Positions 1-12,555 of a DNA stretch of 64,000 bases are shown here, in pieces. The notes beneath the pieces are model-generated. The model saw nothing but the letters and a program-made list of their open reading frames with translations. It did no database searches and was not told where the DNA came from. The position numbers and the translations under genes were made by a program. Position 1 is the first letter of the stretch, and each line of letters begins with the position of its first letter. This DNA comes from an uncultured Nitrospinaceae bacterium (GTDB lineage: Bacteria > UBA8248): NCBI GenBank assembly GCA_964005815.1, contig CAXFSR010000017.1, positions 32,001 through 96,000 on the forward strand, read 5' to 3'.

Positions 1-18
1 ATATTCATGTATATTCAT
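1..18 (-). CDS. sucC: 5' end of succinyl-CoA synthetase beta subunit (runs off window)
   Basis: Minus strand reads ATG AAT ATA CAT GAA TAT = MNIHEY, the classic SucC N-terminus. A GGGAGA RBS lies upstream, and the gene follows icd-mdh. Confidence 0.8.
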
Positions 19-53
19 CAATCTTCTCCCTTATCAGGGTTAAAAAATAATAA

Positions 54-986
54 CTAGAGCGATGAGGTTAACTCTCGAACATGATCCGCAGATTTTTTAA
101 ATTGCTCCATCTCATGAGGTTCTAAGTCCAGTTCAATAATTTCTTCTACTCCTCCTGCACCCAACTTTATAGGCACACCCATGAAAATATTTTCCTCACC
201 GTATTCCCCTTGAAGCAATGCTGCACAAGGAAGAATTCTCTTTTTGTCCTTCAATATTGCTTCTACCATCTCAACAATTGATGCTCCAGGTGCGTAAAAT
301 GCACTTCCTGTCTTTAAAAATTCGACTATTTCTGCACCTCCATCCCTTGTCCTTTGAACTAGCTCATCAATCCTATTCTGATCCATCAACTTCGTGATTG
401 GGACACCTGCCACTGTACTATATCTAGGCAGCGGAACCATACTATCTCCATGACCACCTAAAACAAGCGCGTGTACATCTTCAACAGAGACATTTAGCTC
501 CATAGCTATAAAAGAACGAAAACGCGCACTATCCAAAATGCCAGCCATACCCATTATTCTTTCTCTTGGAAATTTACAGTGCCTATGTGCAACCGTAACC
601 ATCACATCCAAAGGATTTGAAACTATAATTAAGAAACAATTTGGAGAATGTTCTATAATTGAATCTGTTACCGAACCAACAATATTCGCATTAGTAGAAA
701 TCAAATCATCTCTACTCATTCCGGGCTTTCTAGCAATACCAGCAGTAACTACGACAACATCAGAATCTTTAGTATCAGCATAATCATTAGTTCCAACTAT
801 AGCTGAATCAAATCCTTCAACTGGAGAACTTTCAAATAAATCTAGGGCTTTACCTTGAGGAATACCATCTACGATATCTACTAATACAATATCACCCAAT
901 TCATGGGAAGCAGCCCAATGAGCAGCTGTAGCTCCAACATTTCCAGCACCTACAATTGTTATTTTAGGTCTACCTATTGACATCAC
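54..986 (-). CDS. mdh: Malate dehydrogenase (LDH-like, NAD)
   Basis: [20 protein letters not shown] and GGHGD motifs; located next to icd. Confidence 0.96.
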   Translation of the reverse strand: MMSIGRPKITIVGAGNVGATAAHWAASHELGDIVLVDIVDGIPQGKALDLFESSPVEGFDSAIVGTNDYADTKDSDVVVVTAGIARKPGMSRDDLISTNANIVGSVTDSIIEHSPNCFLIIVSNPLDVMVTVAHRHCKFPRERIMGMAGILDSARFRSFIAMELNVSVEDVHALVLGGHGDSMVPLPRYSTVAGVPITKLMDQNRIDELVQRTRDGGAEIVEFLKTGSAFYAPGASIVEMVEAILKDKKRILPCAALLQGEYGEENIFMGVPIKLGAGGVEEIIELDLEPHEMEQFKKSADHVRELTSSL

Positions 987-1003
987 ATCTCCTTAAAATC
1001 TTT

Positions 1004-2254
1004 TTACATATTTTTTATGATTGCCTTACCAAAATCAGAGCAAGACACTTTTTTAGCACCTTTCATTTGTCTATGAAGATCGTAAGTTACTGTTTTTTTC
1101 CCTATAGCTTTAGTTGTTCCAGAAACGATTAAATCAGCAGCTTTTTGCCAACCCATATATCCTAACATCATTACAGCAGACAGAATCAAACTAGAAGGAT
1201 TAACCATATCTTTACCAGCGTATTTTGGTGCTGTTCCATGAGTTGGTTCAAAAAAGTGAATTTTATCTCCTATGTTAGCCCCGGGAGCCATTCCAAGTCC
1301 ACCAACCTGAGCTGCCACAGCATCTGACAAATAGTCACCATTAAGATTCGTACAACAAAGAACCTCATACTCTCTAGGTCTAGTTAGTACTTGCTGGAAG
1401 ATATTATCCGCAATCCTATCATTGACAAGAATTTTCCCTTTTGGAAGTTTCCCGTTATATTTTTTACTCCACAACTCTTCTTCCGTGACAATGTACTTTC
1501 TATATTTCTTTTTTAAAAAGGCATAACCCCAATCCTTAAAAGAACCTTCTGTATATTTTTGCACATTACCTTTGTGTACTAAGCAGAAATATTTTTTCTT
1601 ATTAAGGATTGCATACTCTATAGCCTTTTTCACAATCCTCTCACTTCCAAAAACAGAAATAGGTTTCACTCCTATTCCACTATCTTTACGAACAGAACAT
1701 CCCATCTCTTTATTTAAGAAATTAATAACTTTTTTTGCACCCCTAGAATTAAGTTCCCACTCAAGACCAGCATATACATCTTCTGTATTTTCTCTAAAAA
1801 TACACATATTCACATGGCTTGGGTTAACTACGGGAGAAGGGACACCAGGATACCATAGAACAGGTCTCACACATGCGTATAAGTCATTCAGTTGACGAAA
1901 AGCTACATTCAAACTTCTAAAACCACCACCGATAGGGGTATAGAGTGGACCTTTAATTGCAAAATAGTAATGTCGGATTGCCTGCATAGTTTCTTCGGGC
2001 ATCAATTCTCCATACAATTCTTCTGCATCTTCTCCTGCGTAAACTCTGAACCATTCAATACGTTTTTTGCCTCTGAAAGCTTTCTCAACGGCAGCATCAA
2101 CAACATCCTTCATAACTGGGGTTATATCAACTCCTATTCCATCGCCACGAACATAACAAACAATCGGATCATCAGGCATCTGTAATTTATTACCTTTATA
2201 AGTTATGCGCGTTCCTTCTTTTGGTGCAGTAAGCTTGTCAAATTTTATAGCCAT
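1004..2254 (-). CDS. icd: Isocitrate dehydrogenase, dimeric NADP-type
   Basis: GDGIG, GGGFRSLN, RENTED, HKGN, NLNGDYLSD and HGTAPKYAG motifs. Confidence 0.95.
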   Translation of the reverse strand: MAIKFDKLTAPKEGTRITYKGNKLQMPDDPIVCYVRGDGIGVDITPVMKDVVDAAVEKAFRGKKRIEWFRVYAGEDAEELYGELMPEETMQAIRHYYFAIKGPLYTPIGGGFRSLNVAFRQLNDLYACVRPVLWYPGVPSPVVNPSHVNMCIFRENTEDVYAGLEWELNSRGAKKVINFLNKEMGCSVRKDSGIGVKPISVFGSERIVKKAIEYAILNKKKYFCLVHKGNVQKYTEGSFKDWGYAFLKKKYRKYIVTEEELWSKKYNGKLPKGKILVNDRIADNIFQQVLTRPREYEVLCCTNLNGDYLSDAVAAQVGGLGMAPGANIGDKIHFFEPTHGTAPKYAGKDMVNPSSLILSAVMMLGYMGWQKAADLIVSGTTKAIGKKTVTYDLHRQMKGAKKVSCSDFGKAIIKNM

Positions 2255-2435
2255 TTATAACTCCTCTTCACATTATCCATACAGACTGGAAACTAATATT
2301 TAAAAAATTATTTACATCGAAAATAATAATCAAAACTGATACTAAAAAGCAGGGACACAAAAATCAACAGATTAAACCAAAATTGACATAAAAATGTACT
2401 TGATTTTATAGAAGTAAAACTGCAATCTGCAACTC

Positions 2436-3242
2436 ATGTATAAAAAAACAACCAAAAAACTTGGCCAGCATTTTCTAAATGACGAAAATCTTCTACAAGA
2501 AATATGTTCATTCGGTGAGATTAAGAAAGATGACCGAATTCTCGAAATTGGAGCTGGACAGGGAGCACTTACAAAAAAACTCGTGGAATCCGCCGCAAAA
2601 GTTACAGCGGTTGAAATAGACAATAAATTAATTCCAAATCTCAGAAAATTAGAAAGAAAATACCTTAACTTGGAAATTATTCATGGAGATGCGACAAAAT
2701 TAAATTTTCAGGAATTTTTTACACCAACTAAAGTGATATCAAATTTGCCATATCAGATTGGCACAAAAATTATATCTGAAATATGTAATTACCCTAAGAT
2801 CTTCACACTAATAGTAGTAATGCTACAACTTGAAGTAGCAAATCGAATAATTGCAAATCCAGGAGGCAAAGAATATGGAAGTCTTACACTTTGGACACAA
2901 CATCGATTCGAAAACAAACTACTCAAAATTGTTCCTCCAGAGATGTTTTCACCCCCTCCAAAAGTAGAATCTGCTATTATTAGACTAACACCCAGAAAAT
3001 CTCCTATAGTGAATCTATATGGAGATGAAGAAGACTACTTCAAACTTATCAAGACATCCTTTATACACAGAAGAAAAACACTGCTGAATAATTTAAAAAA
3101 TTCTAATTTATCATTCCTGAATAATATGAACATAGAAGGATTATTAAAGAATGTCGGTATCTCAAAAAACTTAAGAGCAGAGGCGTTGGACGCAAAAAAT
3201 TTCGCTCTTCTTCTTAAAGAAATCAAAAAAAATGAAATCTAG
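2436..3242 (+). CDS. rsmA: 16S rRNA dimethyladenosine transferase
   Basis: KKLGQHFL, EIGAGQG, NLPYQI, F.PPPKVES and RRKTL motifs. Confidence 0.96.
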   Translation: MYKKTTKKLGQHFLNDENLLQEICSFGEIKKDDRILEIGAGQGALTKKLVESAAKVTAVEIDNKLIPNLRKLERKYLNLEIIHGDATKLNFQEFFTPTKVISNLPYQIGTKIISEICNYPKIFTLIVVMLQLEVANRIIANPGGKEYGSLTLWTQHRFENKLLKIVPPEMFSPPPKVESAIIRLTPRKSPIVNLYGDEEDYFKLIKTSFIHRRKTLLNNLKNSNLSFLNNMNIEGLLKNVGISKNLRAEALDAKNFALLLKEIKKNEI

Positions 3243-4170
3243 ACATGCAATCTATTTACATAGAGTTGGTGCAATTGGCGATACACTTTTAACTAGCAAT
3301 CTTCTTCTAATGCTAAAAAATTGTTACAAGAAATCAAAAATAAGTATGGGTGCATCACCTAATTACGCATTGCCACTCCTTGATTCAGGATTAATATCAG
3401 AAATAATAGACGCTACTAGTGTACCATTTCATCTTTTTGAATCCTCATATTCCTCAGAAGACGAATTGACAATGAAGTTAAAAAAATATGACACAGTGAT
3501 TATTTTTAAAGAAGACAAGAATGACATGATAAAGAGACGTTTGAAAAATATTGGCATCAAAGATTTTGCAATAGAATCACCCTTTCCACCAGAAAAGAGC
3601 AACGTACATGTATCAAAATGGATAGAAAGAGTTTTCATGCAACTCAAACATATCCCTAACAAAAACAACCAACACATCAAATTGTCTATCTCAAAAGACA
3701 CAGAACTCTTGTCTGACAATGAAATAAAAAAATTAAATTTAGAATCATCTTTTCTTGCCTTACATCCTGGCAGTAGTTCTCAAAAGAAATGTGTCCCAAT
3801 AGAGAAAATGATAAAAATCGCGAAAGAGATTACCTATTCATATGATTTACGACTCGCTCTAATAGAGGGAATTGCAGACGAAAAAATCTGTAATGAATTC
3901 AGAAGAAATTGGGGACCGGATATAATTAATATCAAAGTAAATTCTCTTGAAATCCTTGCAGGAATTCTTGTTAAAGCTAAAGGATTTGTTGGGTGCGATT
4001 CTGGAATAAGTCATCTCTCTTCACTTTACGGTGTCCCAACACTTGTCTTATTTGGTCACTATTCAAACCCAAAACATTGGGGTCCAATAGGTTTAAATAG
4101 TAATTGGGCTTACTGGAACAATATCAATGATTGTAGGAAGATTTTTGATCAATTAGTTGAAAAAAACTAA
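3232..4170 (+). CDS. Glycosyltransferase family 9 (LPS heptosyltransferase-like)
   Basis: GAIGD, HPGSS..KK, VGCDSGISHL and PTLVLFG motifs. Confidence 0.85.
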   Translation: MKSRHAIYLHRVGAIGDTLLTSNLLLMLKNCYKKSKISMGASPNYALPLLDSGLISEIIDATSVPFHLFESSYSSEDELTMKLKKYDTVIIFKEDKNDMIKRRLKNIGIKDFAIESPFPPEKSNVHVSKWIERVFMQLKHIPNKNNQHIKLSISKDTELLSDNEIKKLNLESSFLALHPGSSSQKKCVPIEKMIKIAKEITYSYDLRLALIEGIADEKICNEFRRNWGPDIINIKVNSLEILAGILVKAKGFVGCDSGISHLSSLYGVPTLVLFGHYSNPKHWGPIGLNSNWAYWNNINDCRKIFDQLVEKN

Positions 4171-4871
4171 TTAAGAACTTTTCCAATACGATTCCATCTA
4201 GGAGACCCTGCTTTCCCATCCCATGACCAATAAACTAGGAAAGCTACTCCCCTAATTTTATAATCCCAACATGGAGCATTCCATATAGAACATGGGAATG
4301 GGACACTAAATTTCAAAGTCCCCAACCTAACTGGCATATAATTTGTGAATTCACCAATCTTAAGAAGTCCCCAGTACCTTCCATCTTGGCTATTATTTCT
4401 ATTATCTCCTAGCACGAAAAGGTGATCATCTGGAATTGTAACTGGCCCCCAAGATTTCCCATGAGATTCCGGATAACCATGTGGCTTAAAAACTACATAA
4501 GGCTCTTCAAGAGGCGAACAATCTGTTTTATAAGACAAACTGTTACAGTTCACGTACACCTTCCCATCACGAATCATAATTTTTTCCCCAGGCATACCAA
4601 CAACTCTTTTTATAAAATCTCTTTTTTCATCCAAGGGAAATCGAAAAACTAGCATATCTCCCCTTTCAGGGCTCCGAAACCAGTAAGATATTTTACTAAC
4701 TAAAATATGATCACCAATCAACAAAGAATTTTCCATAGAACCAGATGGAATCTTAAATGCCTGTACGATAAAAGCTCTCACAAAAAAAGCAAGCAAAAGA
4801 GCAACAACTATTGCTTCTGTATATTCTCTAAACGTAGACTTCTTTTTGTTTTTTTTTCTCTTCTTGAACAC
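4167..4871 (-). CDS. lepB: Signal peptidase I
   Basis: IPSGSM (catalytic Ser), FIKRVVG (catalytic Lys) and GDNRNNS.D.R motifs; downstream of lepA. Confidence 0.95.
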   Translation of the reverse strand: MFKKRKKNKKKSTFREYTEAIVVALLLAFFVRAFIVQAFKIPSGSMENSLLIGDHILVSKISYWFRSPERGDMLVFRFPLDEKRDFIKRVVGMPGEKIMIRDGKVYVNCNSLSYKTDCSPLEEPYVVFKPHGYPESHGKSWGPVTIPDDHLFVLGDNRNNSQDGRYWGLLKIGEFTNYMPVRLGTLKFSVPFPCSIWNAPCWDYKIRGVAFLVYWSWDGKAGSPRWNRIGKVLN

Positions 4872-4876
4872 TGAAT

Positions 4877-6679
4877 CTATTCCTTGTCCAAATTCAAAAC
4901 TGCCATAAAAGCTTCTTGCGGCACTTCAACGGTTCCAATATTCCTCATTCTTTTCTTTCCTTCCTTTTGCTTTTCTAATAATTTTCTCTTTCTTGTTATA
5001 TCTCCGCCATAACACTTTGCAATAACATCCTTACGTAATGCCCTTATGGTCTCTCTTGCAATAATTCTACTTCCAAGAGAAGCCTGAATTACAATCTCAA
5101 ACATTTGTTTTGGAATGAGAGCCTTCATTTTTGCAACTATAGCACGACCATAATAATAAGCTTTTTCTTTATGTATGATAGTAGAAAATGGATCAATCAA
5201 TTGTCCATTTAGCAAAATGTCTAACCTAGACACATCAGACTCTTTATAACTTAGATGCTCATAATCAAAACTTGCAAACCCCTTAGTCAAGGATTTTAAT
5301 TTGTCAAAAAAATCATAAAGAATTTCACTGAAAGGAAGTTCATAAATAATCTGAACAGTTGCAGTATCAATATACTGTAGCGACCTCTGCAAACCTCTTT
5401 TTTCTTGTGCAAGTTTCAAGGTTGCTCCCACAAACTCAGAAGGAACAATTATTGTTCCTAAAATAAACGGCTCTTCAATTCGATCTATACCTGCCATATT
5501 AATAAGTCTAGAAGGACTATCTATATGTTCTATACTGCCATCAGTCCTGACGACTCTATATATAACATTTGGAGCAGTAATTATGAGTGTAAGATCGTAT
5601 TCTCTTTCGAGTCTCTCTCTTATTACATCCATATGCAACAAACCAAGAAAACCACATCTAAAACCAAAACCCAATGCAACTGATGATTCAGGCTCATATG
5701 AAAATGCGGAATCATTTAGTCTTAGTTTTTCAAGAGCAGTTCTCAATTCCTCATAATCTCCATTATCAGCAGGGTACAATCCACTAAAAACCATGGATTT
5801 AGGTTCTTCAAAACCAGGAATTGGACTTGAACAGGGCGACTTAGAAAGAGTTATCGTATCTCCTACTCTAGCATGACTTATTTCTCTTATAGCAGCAGTG
5901 AGTGTTCCAACTTCTCCAGGTCCGAGTTCATTTACGATTCTTGGTTGAGGTGTGTAAACACTAAGAGTCTCTACTTTATATTTATTCTTATTAGAGAAAA
6001 ACTCTATTTCATCGCCTTTTCTAACAACGCCGTTAAACACTCTGAAAAGTGGAATAGCACCTTGATAAGAATCAAACCAGGAATCAATAATCAATGATTC
6101 AAAAGGGACATCATGTTTTACATCGGGTGCTGGAATTCTCTCAACAATATTTTCTAAAAGTTCAGGAACCCCTGTTCCATTTTTCGCACTAACCAGAAGA
6201 CATTCAGAAGAATCAATACCAATCGTATCTTCAATTTGATTTATTACACGTTCGGGATCAGAAGCAGGCAAATCTATTTTATTTATTACTGGTATAATTG
6301 TTAAATCTTGCTCTAATGCTAGATAAGCATTTGCTATTGTTTGAGCTTGTACACCTTGAGTTGCATCTACTAAAAGCAACGCACCTTCGCAAGCTTGCAA
6401 ACTTCTTGAGACCTCATAAGAAAAATCAACATGACCAGGAGTATCAATTAAATTGAACAAAAAATCCTGTCCATTTAAAGATTTATATGTCAATCTAACT
6501 GTAGCTGCCTTGATAGTTATTCCACGTTCACGCTCCAAGTCCATAGAGTCCAAAACCTGTGATGACATTTCTCTTTCTGTCAAAGCACCTGTAACTTCAA
6601 GAATGCGATCCGCCAAGGTAGATTTACCATGATCAATGTGAGCAATTATCGAAAAATTTCGTACATTTTCAAACGACAA
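4877..6679 (-). CDS. lepA: Elongation factor 4
   Basis: [28 protein letters not shown] and [10 protein letters not shown] motifs. Confidence 0.98.
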   Translation of the reverse strand: MSFENVRNFSIIAHIDHGKSTLADRILEVTGALTEREMSSQVLDSMDLERERGITIKAATVRLTYKSLNGQDFLFNLIDTPGHVDFSYEVSRSLQACEGALLLVDATQGVQAQTIANAYLALEQDLTIIPVINKIDLPASDPERVINQIEDTIGIDSSECLLVSAKNGTGVPELLENIVERIPAPDVKHDVPFESLIIDSWFDSYQGAIPLFRVFNGVVRKGDEIEFFSNKNKYKVETLSVYTPQPRIVNELGPGEVGTLTAAIREISHARVGDTITLSKSPCSSPIPGFEEPKSMVFSGLYPADNGDYEELRTALEKLRLNDSAFSYEPESSVALGFGFRCGFLGLLHMDVIRERLEREYDLTLIITAPNVIYRVVRTDGSIEHIDSPSRLINMAGIDRIEEPFILGTIIVPSEFVGATLKLAQEKRGLQRSLQYIDTATVQIIYELPFSEILYDFFDKLKSLTKGFASFDYEHLSYKESDVSRLDILLNGQLIDPFSTIIHKEKAYYYGRAIVAKMKALIPKQMFEIVIQASLGSRIIARETIRALRKDVIAKCYGGDITRKRKLLEKQKEGKKRMRNIGTVEVPQEAFMAVLNLDKE

Positions 6680-6765
6680 AAAAATCTCCTAAATTTTAAA
6701 AAAACTTGCACATAATTTGCTCAAAAAAAGCGGAAAATTTTTCCATTTTTTTCAAACCCAACAAA

Positions 6766-7923
6766 TCAAGAAAAAACTGATTCATCTGGGAAAAGACTTC
6801 TAAACTTTTGAAGTGCATACCTATCTGTCATGCCAGAAAGGTAGTCACATATCAAACGAAATTTTCCATCAGTCTTTTCTTTTTGCAAATAACGTTCAGG
6901 AAGTTCTTTGGGCTTAGAAACATAATAGTTAAATAAGTTTGTAAGAACTTTTTCTACGCTATCCTCTAATTCAGCTATTTTTATATTTTTGTACATTCTT
7001 TCCATTAAAAACTTCTTTAATTCCTGATTTTTTAATTTCATTGAATCACTAAATGAACAAATATTATGTCCCCTATTTCTTACATCTGAAATAGTTTCTA
7101 TTTTTTGCAACGCAATACGATTTTTTGTAGATTCCACAAGATCCATTACCTGACCGTTAATCATCCTTCGTATTGTTTCATATTTCAAAATCCTCTCATT
7201 TGCTTTTGGAAACCTATCCTTAGTAACAGATAAATATTCAGTCCAGATTTCTAATTCATCTAGTTCTAGAAAACTGAACAAAGAAGAAGATAGCCCATCA
7301 TCCAAATCGTGATTGTTATATGCAATTTCATCAGCCATATCAACTAATTGAGCTTCGATGGTAGGTGATATTTTGTTAGTAAAACCTTTAGGCATCTCAC
7401 CATTATATTTTTCCAGATACTTAATTATCCCTTCTCTAGTTTCCCAAGTAAGATTTAATCCTAAAAAATTTGGATATCTCTCTTCTATTGATTCAACAAT
7501 ACGTAGTGATTGCAAATTATGTTCAAATCCACCGTGATTAGACATCAAACTATTTAAAACTGCTTCTCCTGCATGTCCAAATGGAGGATGACCAAGATCA
7601 TGAGCAAGAGCAATAGCTTCAGATAATTCTTCATTTAATCTTAGAACTCTAGCAATCGAACGAGCAATCTGACTTACTTCAATGGTATGTGTAAGACGAG
7701 TTCTATAATGGTCTCCTGCATGATTCACAAAAACTTGAGTCTTATACTCTAATCTTCTAAACGCAGTAGTATGAATAATTCTATCTCGATCTCTTTGAAA
7801 AGCAGACCTCATAGGGTGTTCTTCTTCTAGATATGACCGACCTAGACTCCGAGAACTAAATGAAGCATAGGGAACTAGCAATTCAGATTCTCTTGTCTTT
7901 AAATTGAAAGGGGCTGGCAACAT
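6766..7923 (-). CDS. dgt: dGTP triphosphohydrolase-like HD protein
   Basis: FQRDRDRI, RRLEYKTQV, RTRLTH, HDLGHPPFGH and GMTD motifs. Confidence 0.92.
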   Translation of the reverse strand: MLPAPFNLKTRESELLVPYASFSSRSLGRSYLEEEHPMRSAFQRDRDRIIHTTAFRRLEYKTQVFVNHAGDHYRTRLTHTIEVSQIARSIARVLRLNEELSEAIALAHDLGHPPFGHAGEAVLNSLMSNHGGFEHNLQSLRIVESIEERYPNFLGLNLTWETREGIIKYLEKYNGEMPKGFTNKISPTIEAQLVDMADEIAYNNHDLDDGLSSSLFSFLELDELEIWTEYLSVTKDRFPKANERILKYETIRRMINGQVMDLVESTKNRIALQKIETISDVRNRGHNICSFSDSMKLKNQELKKFLMERMYKNIKIAELEDSVEKVLTNLFNYYVSKPKELPERYLQKEKTDGKFRLICDYLSGMTDRYALQKFRSLFPDESVFS

Positions 7924-7989
7924 CGGAGTTTCCTGATGAAACTAAATTAAAAATAACTCATGAAGGAAAAATAAAACAATTAATTAGGA

Positions 7990-8223
7990 CTAGCAGCAAG
8001 CACAACCTCCACCGCATGAATGGCCTGAACTATACGAAGGAAAATTTGAGCTTTCAGTAGACATAGAATTCGATGCCATACTAGAAAAAACAGACAATTT
8101 TCTCTTTACCTTTTTACTAGAATCACATACAGGACATTGTATAAGACCTTCCAGATCAGAATTCTTTAATATCTTCTCAAAATCCGTATCACATCCAGAA
8201 CAAAAGAACTCATATATTGGCAT
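7990..8223 (-). CDS. FmdB-family zinc-ribbon protein with Cys/Gly-rich tail
   Basis: MPIYEF-CxxC...CPxC pattern; ends CGGGCACC; AGGAG RBS. Confidence 0.85.
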   Translation of the reverse strand: MPIYEFFCSGCDTDFEKILKNSDLEGLIQCPVCDSSKKVKRKLSVFSSMASNSMSTESSNFPSYSSGHSCGGGCACC

Positions 8224-8253
8224 TAGTAACTCCTAAACAATTTAAAATGTAAT

Positions 8254-8898
8254 TTATTTTTGTGCTGCATTCCAATCAGAAAGAAATTTTTCCAGTCCGA
8301 TATCAGTTAACGGATGTTTCAAGAGTTGCTTGATCAAACTAAATGGAATTGTCACTACATCTGCAGACATTTGAGCAGCTCTTATAAAATGCATAGGATG
8401 TCTAACACTAGCTACTAATACTTGTGTAGGAAGATCATATGCATGAAAAATTTCAACTATAGATTCAGTCATTTCAAGACCAGATTGAGAAATGTCATCA
8501 AGTCTCCCAACAAAAGGACTAACAAAAGAAGCTCCAGCTTTTGCAGCAAGTAGCGCTTGAGATGCATTAAAAATTAGAGTGACATTAGTATCAATGTCTT
8601 TATCCCTCAACTTTTTAACTGCTTTTATTCCATCATATCCAATAGGGATTTTCACAACTACATTTTTATGTAAAGATTTTAGTTCACAACCCTCATCAAC
8701 CATCTCTTCCCATTTAGTAGAAACTACTTCCGCACTTACAGGTCCATCTATGATTTCACATATCTCTTTTATACGAGTCTTAATATCAACCTTTTCCTTG
8801 GCTATTAAAGAGGGATTGGTTGTAACCCCATCTATAACACCAGATGATGCTGCTTCTTGTATCTCTTCTAAATTAGCGGTATCAACAAAAATTTTCAT
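8254..8898 (-). CDS. tal: Transaldolase (short, FSA/TalC-like family)
   Basis: [12 protein letters not shown] and VVKIP motifs. SAEV (Glu) and SPFVGR (Phe) favour transaldolase over fructose-6-phosphate aldolase. Confidence 0.88.
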   Translation of the reverse strand: MKIFVDTANLEEIQEAASSGVIDGVTTNPSLIAKEKVDIKTRIKEICEIIDGPVSAEVVSTKWEEMVDEGCELKSLHKNVVVKIPIGYDGIKAVKKLRDKDIDTNVTLIFNASQALLAAKAGASFVSPFVGRLDDISQSGLEMTESIVEIFHAYDLPTQVLVASVRHPMHFIRAAQMSADVVTIPFSLIKQLLKHPLTDIGLEKFLSDWNAAQK

Positions 8899-8995
8899 GT
8901 TTAAACCAATCTGAAAGTAATAAAATTTAAAGGACTATTTCATGCTCAATCAATGCAAGAAAAATGTCAACTTGTCCTAGTAATTCACAAAGAAT

Positions 8996-9244
8996 CTACC
9001 TAACACCAGCATCAAAAGATTCCATACACTCTTTTGAACAAAATTTTTTTTCTTTAGAAAAAAAATTAAATGTAAATGCAGTTTTTGAAGGAAAATAAGT
9101 TTGGCAATTTGCACAAGAAATCATTTCATCTTCAAGCAAATTTTCTCGAGATCCATCGTAACTTTTTTTCTTACTTTTAAAAAAAGATGAAAACAAAGAA
9201 AAAATCACCCAAAACAAAAGTGTATATAAGATAAAGCGCAACAT
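8996..9244 (-). CDS. Small membrane-anchored Cys4 (TRASH/PP0621-like) protein
   Basis: N-terminal TM helix followed by CxxC.TY.P...FCSxEC. Confidence 0.7.
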   Translation of the reverse strand: MLRFILYTLLFWVIFSLFSSFFKSKKKSYDGSRENLLEDEMISCANCQTYFPSKTAFTFNFFSKEKKFCSKECMESFDAGVR

Positions 9245-9287
9245 AAGGAAAACCTTTTTCGTTTCTTCTATTATCTAAATTTCTAGA

Positions 9288-12200
9288 CTAATGAAAATTC
9301 CCTGAATGGTAAAGCTGTATTGGACATACAGTAATTTCATTTTTCTCTAAATCTCTCAGAGATCCAACCGCTGCTCTTGCCGCAGACAATGTTGTGCAGT
9401 AAAAAATATTCCTCAAAAGTGATGTCCTCCTGATTGACCTACTATCTTTAATTGACTGTCCGTCAGATGTAGTATTCAAAACAAAATGGATTTGATCCTC
9501 TTCCATAAGATCAACTACATGGGGTCTTTTTCCATCTTTCACTTTAAATACAAGCTCAGCATCCATTCCATTATTTAGAAGTGACTTATGAGAACCTTCT
9601 GTGGCTACTAATTTAAAACCTAACTCAAGTAGCGATTGTGCTACAGGAACCATTGCCGCCTTATCTTCATCTCTGACAGAAATAAAAGCTTTTCCTTTTC
9701 TAGGTATTTTAGAACCTGCCCCTTCTTGAGCTTTTAGAAATGCAGGACCAAATTTAGAAGCTATTCCCATAACTTCTCCAGTTGACTTCATTTCAGGCCC
9801 TAAAATGACATCTACACCAGGAAATTTCTTGAAGGGGAACACAGCTTCTTTTACTCCAAAATACTTAGGCACTGGATCAACATCAAATCCAAGTTCTTTC
9901 AAACTTTTTCCCGCAATAACTTTTGTAGCAATTTTTGCAAAAGGTGTTCCTACTACTTTACTAACGAATGGAACTGTCCTGCTTGCTCTAGGATTTACTT
10001 CTATAACAAAAACTTGTCTTTTATGGACAGCAAATTGAACATTATTAAAACCAACGACACCCAAAGATTTAGAAAGAATTCGAGTCTGTCTTTTCAACTC
10101 CTCTATTATCTCTGGACCAAGGGAATAAGGAGGTAGGGAACATGCGGAATCTCCGCTATGAATACCCGCTTCCTCTATGTGTTCCATTACACCCGCTATT
10201 AAGACATCATTTCCATCTGAAATAGAGTCCACATCTACTTCTATAGAGTCTTCAAGAAAACGGTCTATTAAAACTGGACGATCGGAAGAAGCTTTTACTG
10301 CCTCATTCATATACTTCGACAGTTCTTGGCTATTATGAACCAAAACCATCGCTCTTCCACCAAGAACATAACTAGGTCTTACAAGAACAGGATATCCAAC
10401 AGAATCTGCAATATCCCTTGCACTCTCAAAATTAGTTGCAGTCCCAGATGGGGGTTGAGTGAGATGCAAGTCTTTTAAAAGTTTACTGAATCTTTCACGA
10501 TCCTCCGTAAGATCAATACTATCTGGTATCGTCCCTATTATAGGAACCTTGGACTCTACTAAACTATTTGATAATTTTAACGGAGTCTGTCCTCCAAATT
10601 GAACGATTACTCCTTTTGGATTCTCTCTGTGCACTATTTCAAGAACATCTTCTAAAGTTAATGGTTCAAAATATAACCGATCGCTTATATCATAATCGGT
10701 ACTAACTGTTTCAGGATTACAATTTACCATCACAGAATCAAATCCTGCTTCAGAAACAGCTTGTACTCCGTGGACACAACAATAATCAAACTCAATACCT
10801 TGACCAATCCTATTAGGCCCACCACCAAGAATAATTATTGACTTACTTTCTTCTATATCTCCTAGTTCATCTTCATAGTCATAAGTAGAATATAGATATG
10901 GTGTATAAGCCTCAAATTCAGCCGCACAGGTATCAACCTTTTTAAAAACAGGTCTAAGCCCCAATTTATATCTTGAACTTCTTACTATTGATTCTTCCAC
11001 TCCACGTATATCCGCAATCTCACGATCACAAAAACCGTTCTCTTTTAGCAATTTAAGAGAGTCATAATCGTTTAAAAGATCAGGGATTTTACAATTTTGT
11101 TCTAACTCAACGAGATAAGAGATATGGTTTAAGAACCAAGGATCAACTGTAGATTTTTTCCATATATCTTCAAAGTCAAAACCAAGTCGAAAAGCTCTAG
11201 CAATTGACCATAAACGATCCGGATTTGGAGTTGAAATAGATTCAAATATTTTATTTTCTAATTTGTTTCCATTTAAATTATTAAATTCTTCCTCATAAGG
11301 ATCCGATAATCCATACCTATCTATTTCAAGAGATCTAATAGCTTTCATCAAGGCTTCTCTGAATGTTCTTCCTATAGACATGGCCTCACCGACTGAACGC
11401 ATTTGAGTATCAAGAATCGGCTCAACCTCAGGAAATTTTTCGAAATTAAATCTAGGAAACTTAACAACACAGTAATCTATAGATGGTTCAAACGAAGCAG
11501 GTGTCTCTTTTGTAATATCATTCGGTATTTCATCTAAAGTTAGACCTACAGCAAGTTTTGCTGCAATTTTTGCTATAGGAAAACCTGTAGCTTTACTCGC
11601 CAATGCCGAAGATCTTGATACTCTTGGATTCATTTCAATAATAACCATTCTCCCGTCAAAAGGAGAAACCCCAAATTGAATATTAGAGCCTCCACATTCG
11701 ACTCCTACTTTTCTTATACAGTCAATAGCTGCATTTCTCATTATTTGATATTCACGATCTGAAAGAGTTTGAGCTGGAGCAACCGTAATAGAGTCTCCTG
11801 TATGCACCCCCATAGGATCAAGATTTTCAATTGAACAAATTATCGAAACATTGTCTTCTAGATCCCTCATTACTTCTAATTCAAACTCTTTCCAACCTAA
11901 AATACTTTCTTCAATTAAGACCTGTTTGACTGGACTCTCCGACAGGGCCCAAGATAATTTCTCTTTGAAATCATTTAGATCATAAGCCACAGCTCCACCA
12001 CTACCACCTAGAGTAAAAGCAGGACGTAAAATTATTGGAAATCCTATATCTTTTGATAATTCACATCCTTTTTCTAACGATTCGACTACTTCACTTCTTG
12101 GAAGATCTAGGCCAATCTCCTCCATAGCTTCTTTAAACAGCAATCGGTCTTCAGCACACTGAATTGCAGGTAATTGAGCTCCAATCAACTCAACTTTGTA

Positions 12201-12530
12201 CTTTTCAAGAACCCCTGACTCAGCTAGTGAAACAGCTACATTTAAAGCAGTTTGCCCACCCATAGTAGGCAACAACGCATCAGGTAACTCTTTTTGAATT
12301 ATTTTCTCAACAATTTCGGGAGTGATCGGTTCTATATAAGTAAAATCTGCAACCTCTGGATCAGTCATAATTGTTGCAGGATTTGAATTTACCAAAACTA
12401 TCTCGAAACCTTCCTCCTTTAATGATTTACAAGCTTGTGCTCCTGAATAATCAAATTCGCAAGCCTGACCTATGACTATAGGACCAGAACCTATTATCAT
12501 AATTTTCTTTATATCAGTTCTTCTTGGCAT
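9288..12530 (-). CDS. carB: Carbamoyl-phosphate synthase large subunit
   Basis: [17 protein letters not shown], duplicated ATP-grasp halves and a C-terminal MGS domain. Confidence 0.99.
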   Translation of the reverse strand: MPRRTDIKKIMIIGSGPIVIGQACEFDYSGAQACKSLKEEGFEIVLVNSNPATIMTDPEVADFTYIEPITPEIVEKIIQKELPDALLPTMGGQTALNVAVSLAESGVLEKYKVELIGAQLPAIQCAEDRLLFKEAMEEIGLDLPRSEVVESLEKGCELSKDIGFPIILRPAFTLGGSGGAVAYDLNDFKEKLSWALSESPVKQVLIEESILGWKEFELEVMRDLEDNVSIICSIENLDPMGVHTGDSITVAPAQTLSDREYQIMRNAAIDCIRKVGVECGGSNIQFGVSPFDGRMVIIEMNPRVSRSSALASKATGFPIAKIAAKLAVGLTLDEIPNDITKETPASFEPSIDYCVVKFPRFNFEKFPEVEPILDTQMRSVGEAMSIGRTFREALMKAIRSLEIDRYGLSDPYEEEFNNLNGNKLENKIFESISTPNPDRLWSIARAFRLGFDFEDIWKKSTVDPWFLNHISYLVELEQNCKIPDLLNDYDSLKLLKENGFCDREIADIRGVEESIVRSSRYKLGLRPVFKKVDTCAAEFEAYTPYLYSTYDYEDELGDIEESKSIIILGGGPNRIGQGIEFDYCCVHGVQAVSEAGFDSVMVNCNPETVSTDYDISDRLYFEPLTLEDVLEIVHRENPKGVIVQFGGQTPLKLSNSLVESKVPIIGTIPDSIDLTEDRERFSKLLKDLHLTQPPSGTATNFESARDIADSVGYPVLVRPSYVLGGRAMVLVHNSQELSKYMNEAVKASSDRPVLIDRFLEDSIEVDVDSISDGNDVLIAGVMEHIEEAGIHSGDSACSLPPYSLGPEIIEELKRQTRILSKSLGVVGFNNVQFAVHKRQVFVIEVNPRASRTVPFVSKVVGTPFAKIATKVIAGKSLKELGFDVDPVPKYFGVKEAVFPFKKFPGVDVILGPEMKSTGEVMGIASKFGPAFLKAQEGAGSKIPRKGKAFISVRDEDKAAMVPVAQSLLELGFKLVATEGSHKSLLNNGMDAELVFKVKDGKRPHVVDLMEEDQIHFVLNTTSDGQSIKDSRSIRRTSLLRNIFYCTTLSAARAAVGSLRDLEKNEITVCPIQLYHSGNFH

Positions 12531-12555
12531 TTCAGTTTTTCCAATAAATGTTCAT

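Noticed and set aside
6722..6752. GGAAAATTTTTCC palindrome between dgt and lepA
   Set aside because: The stem is short and AT-rich, too weak to call a terminator or operator.
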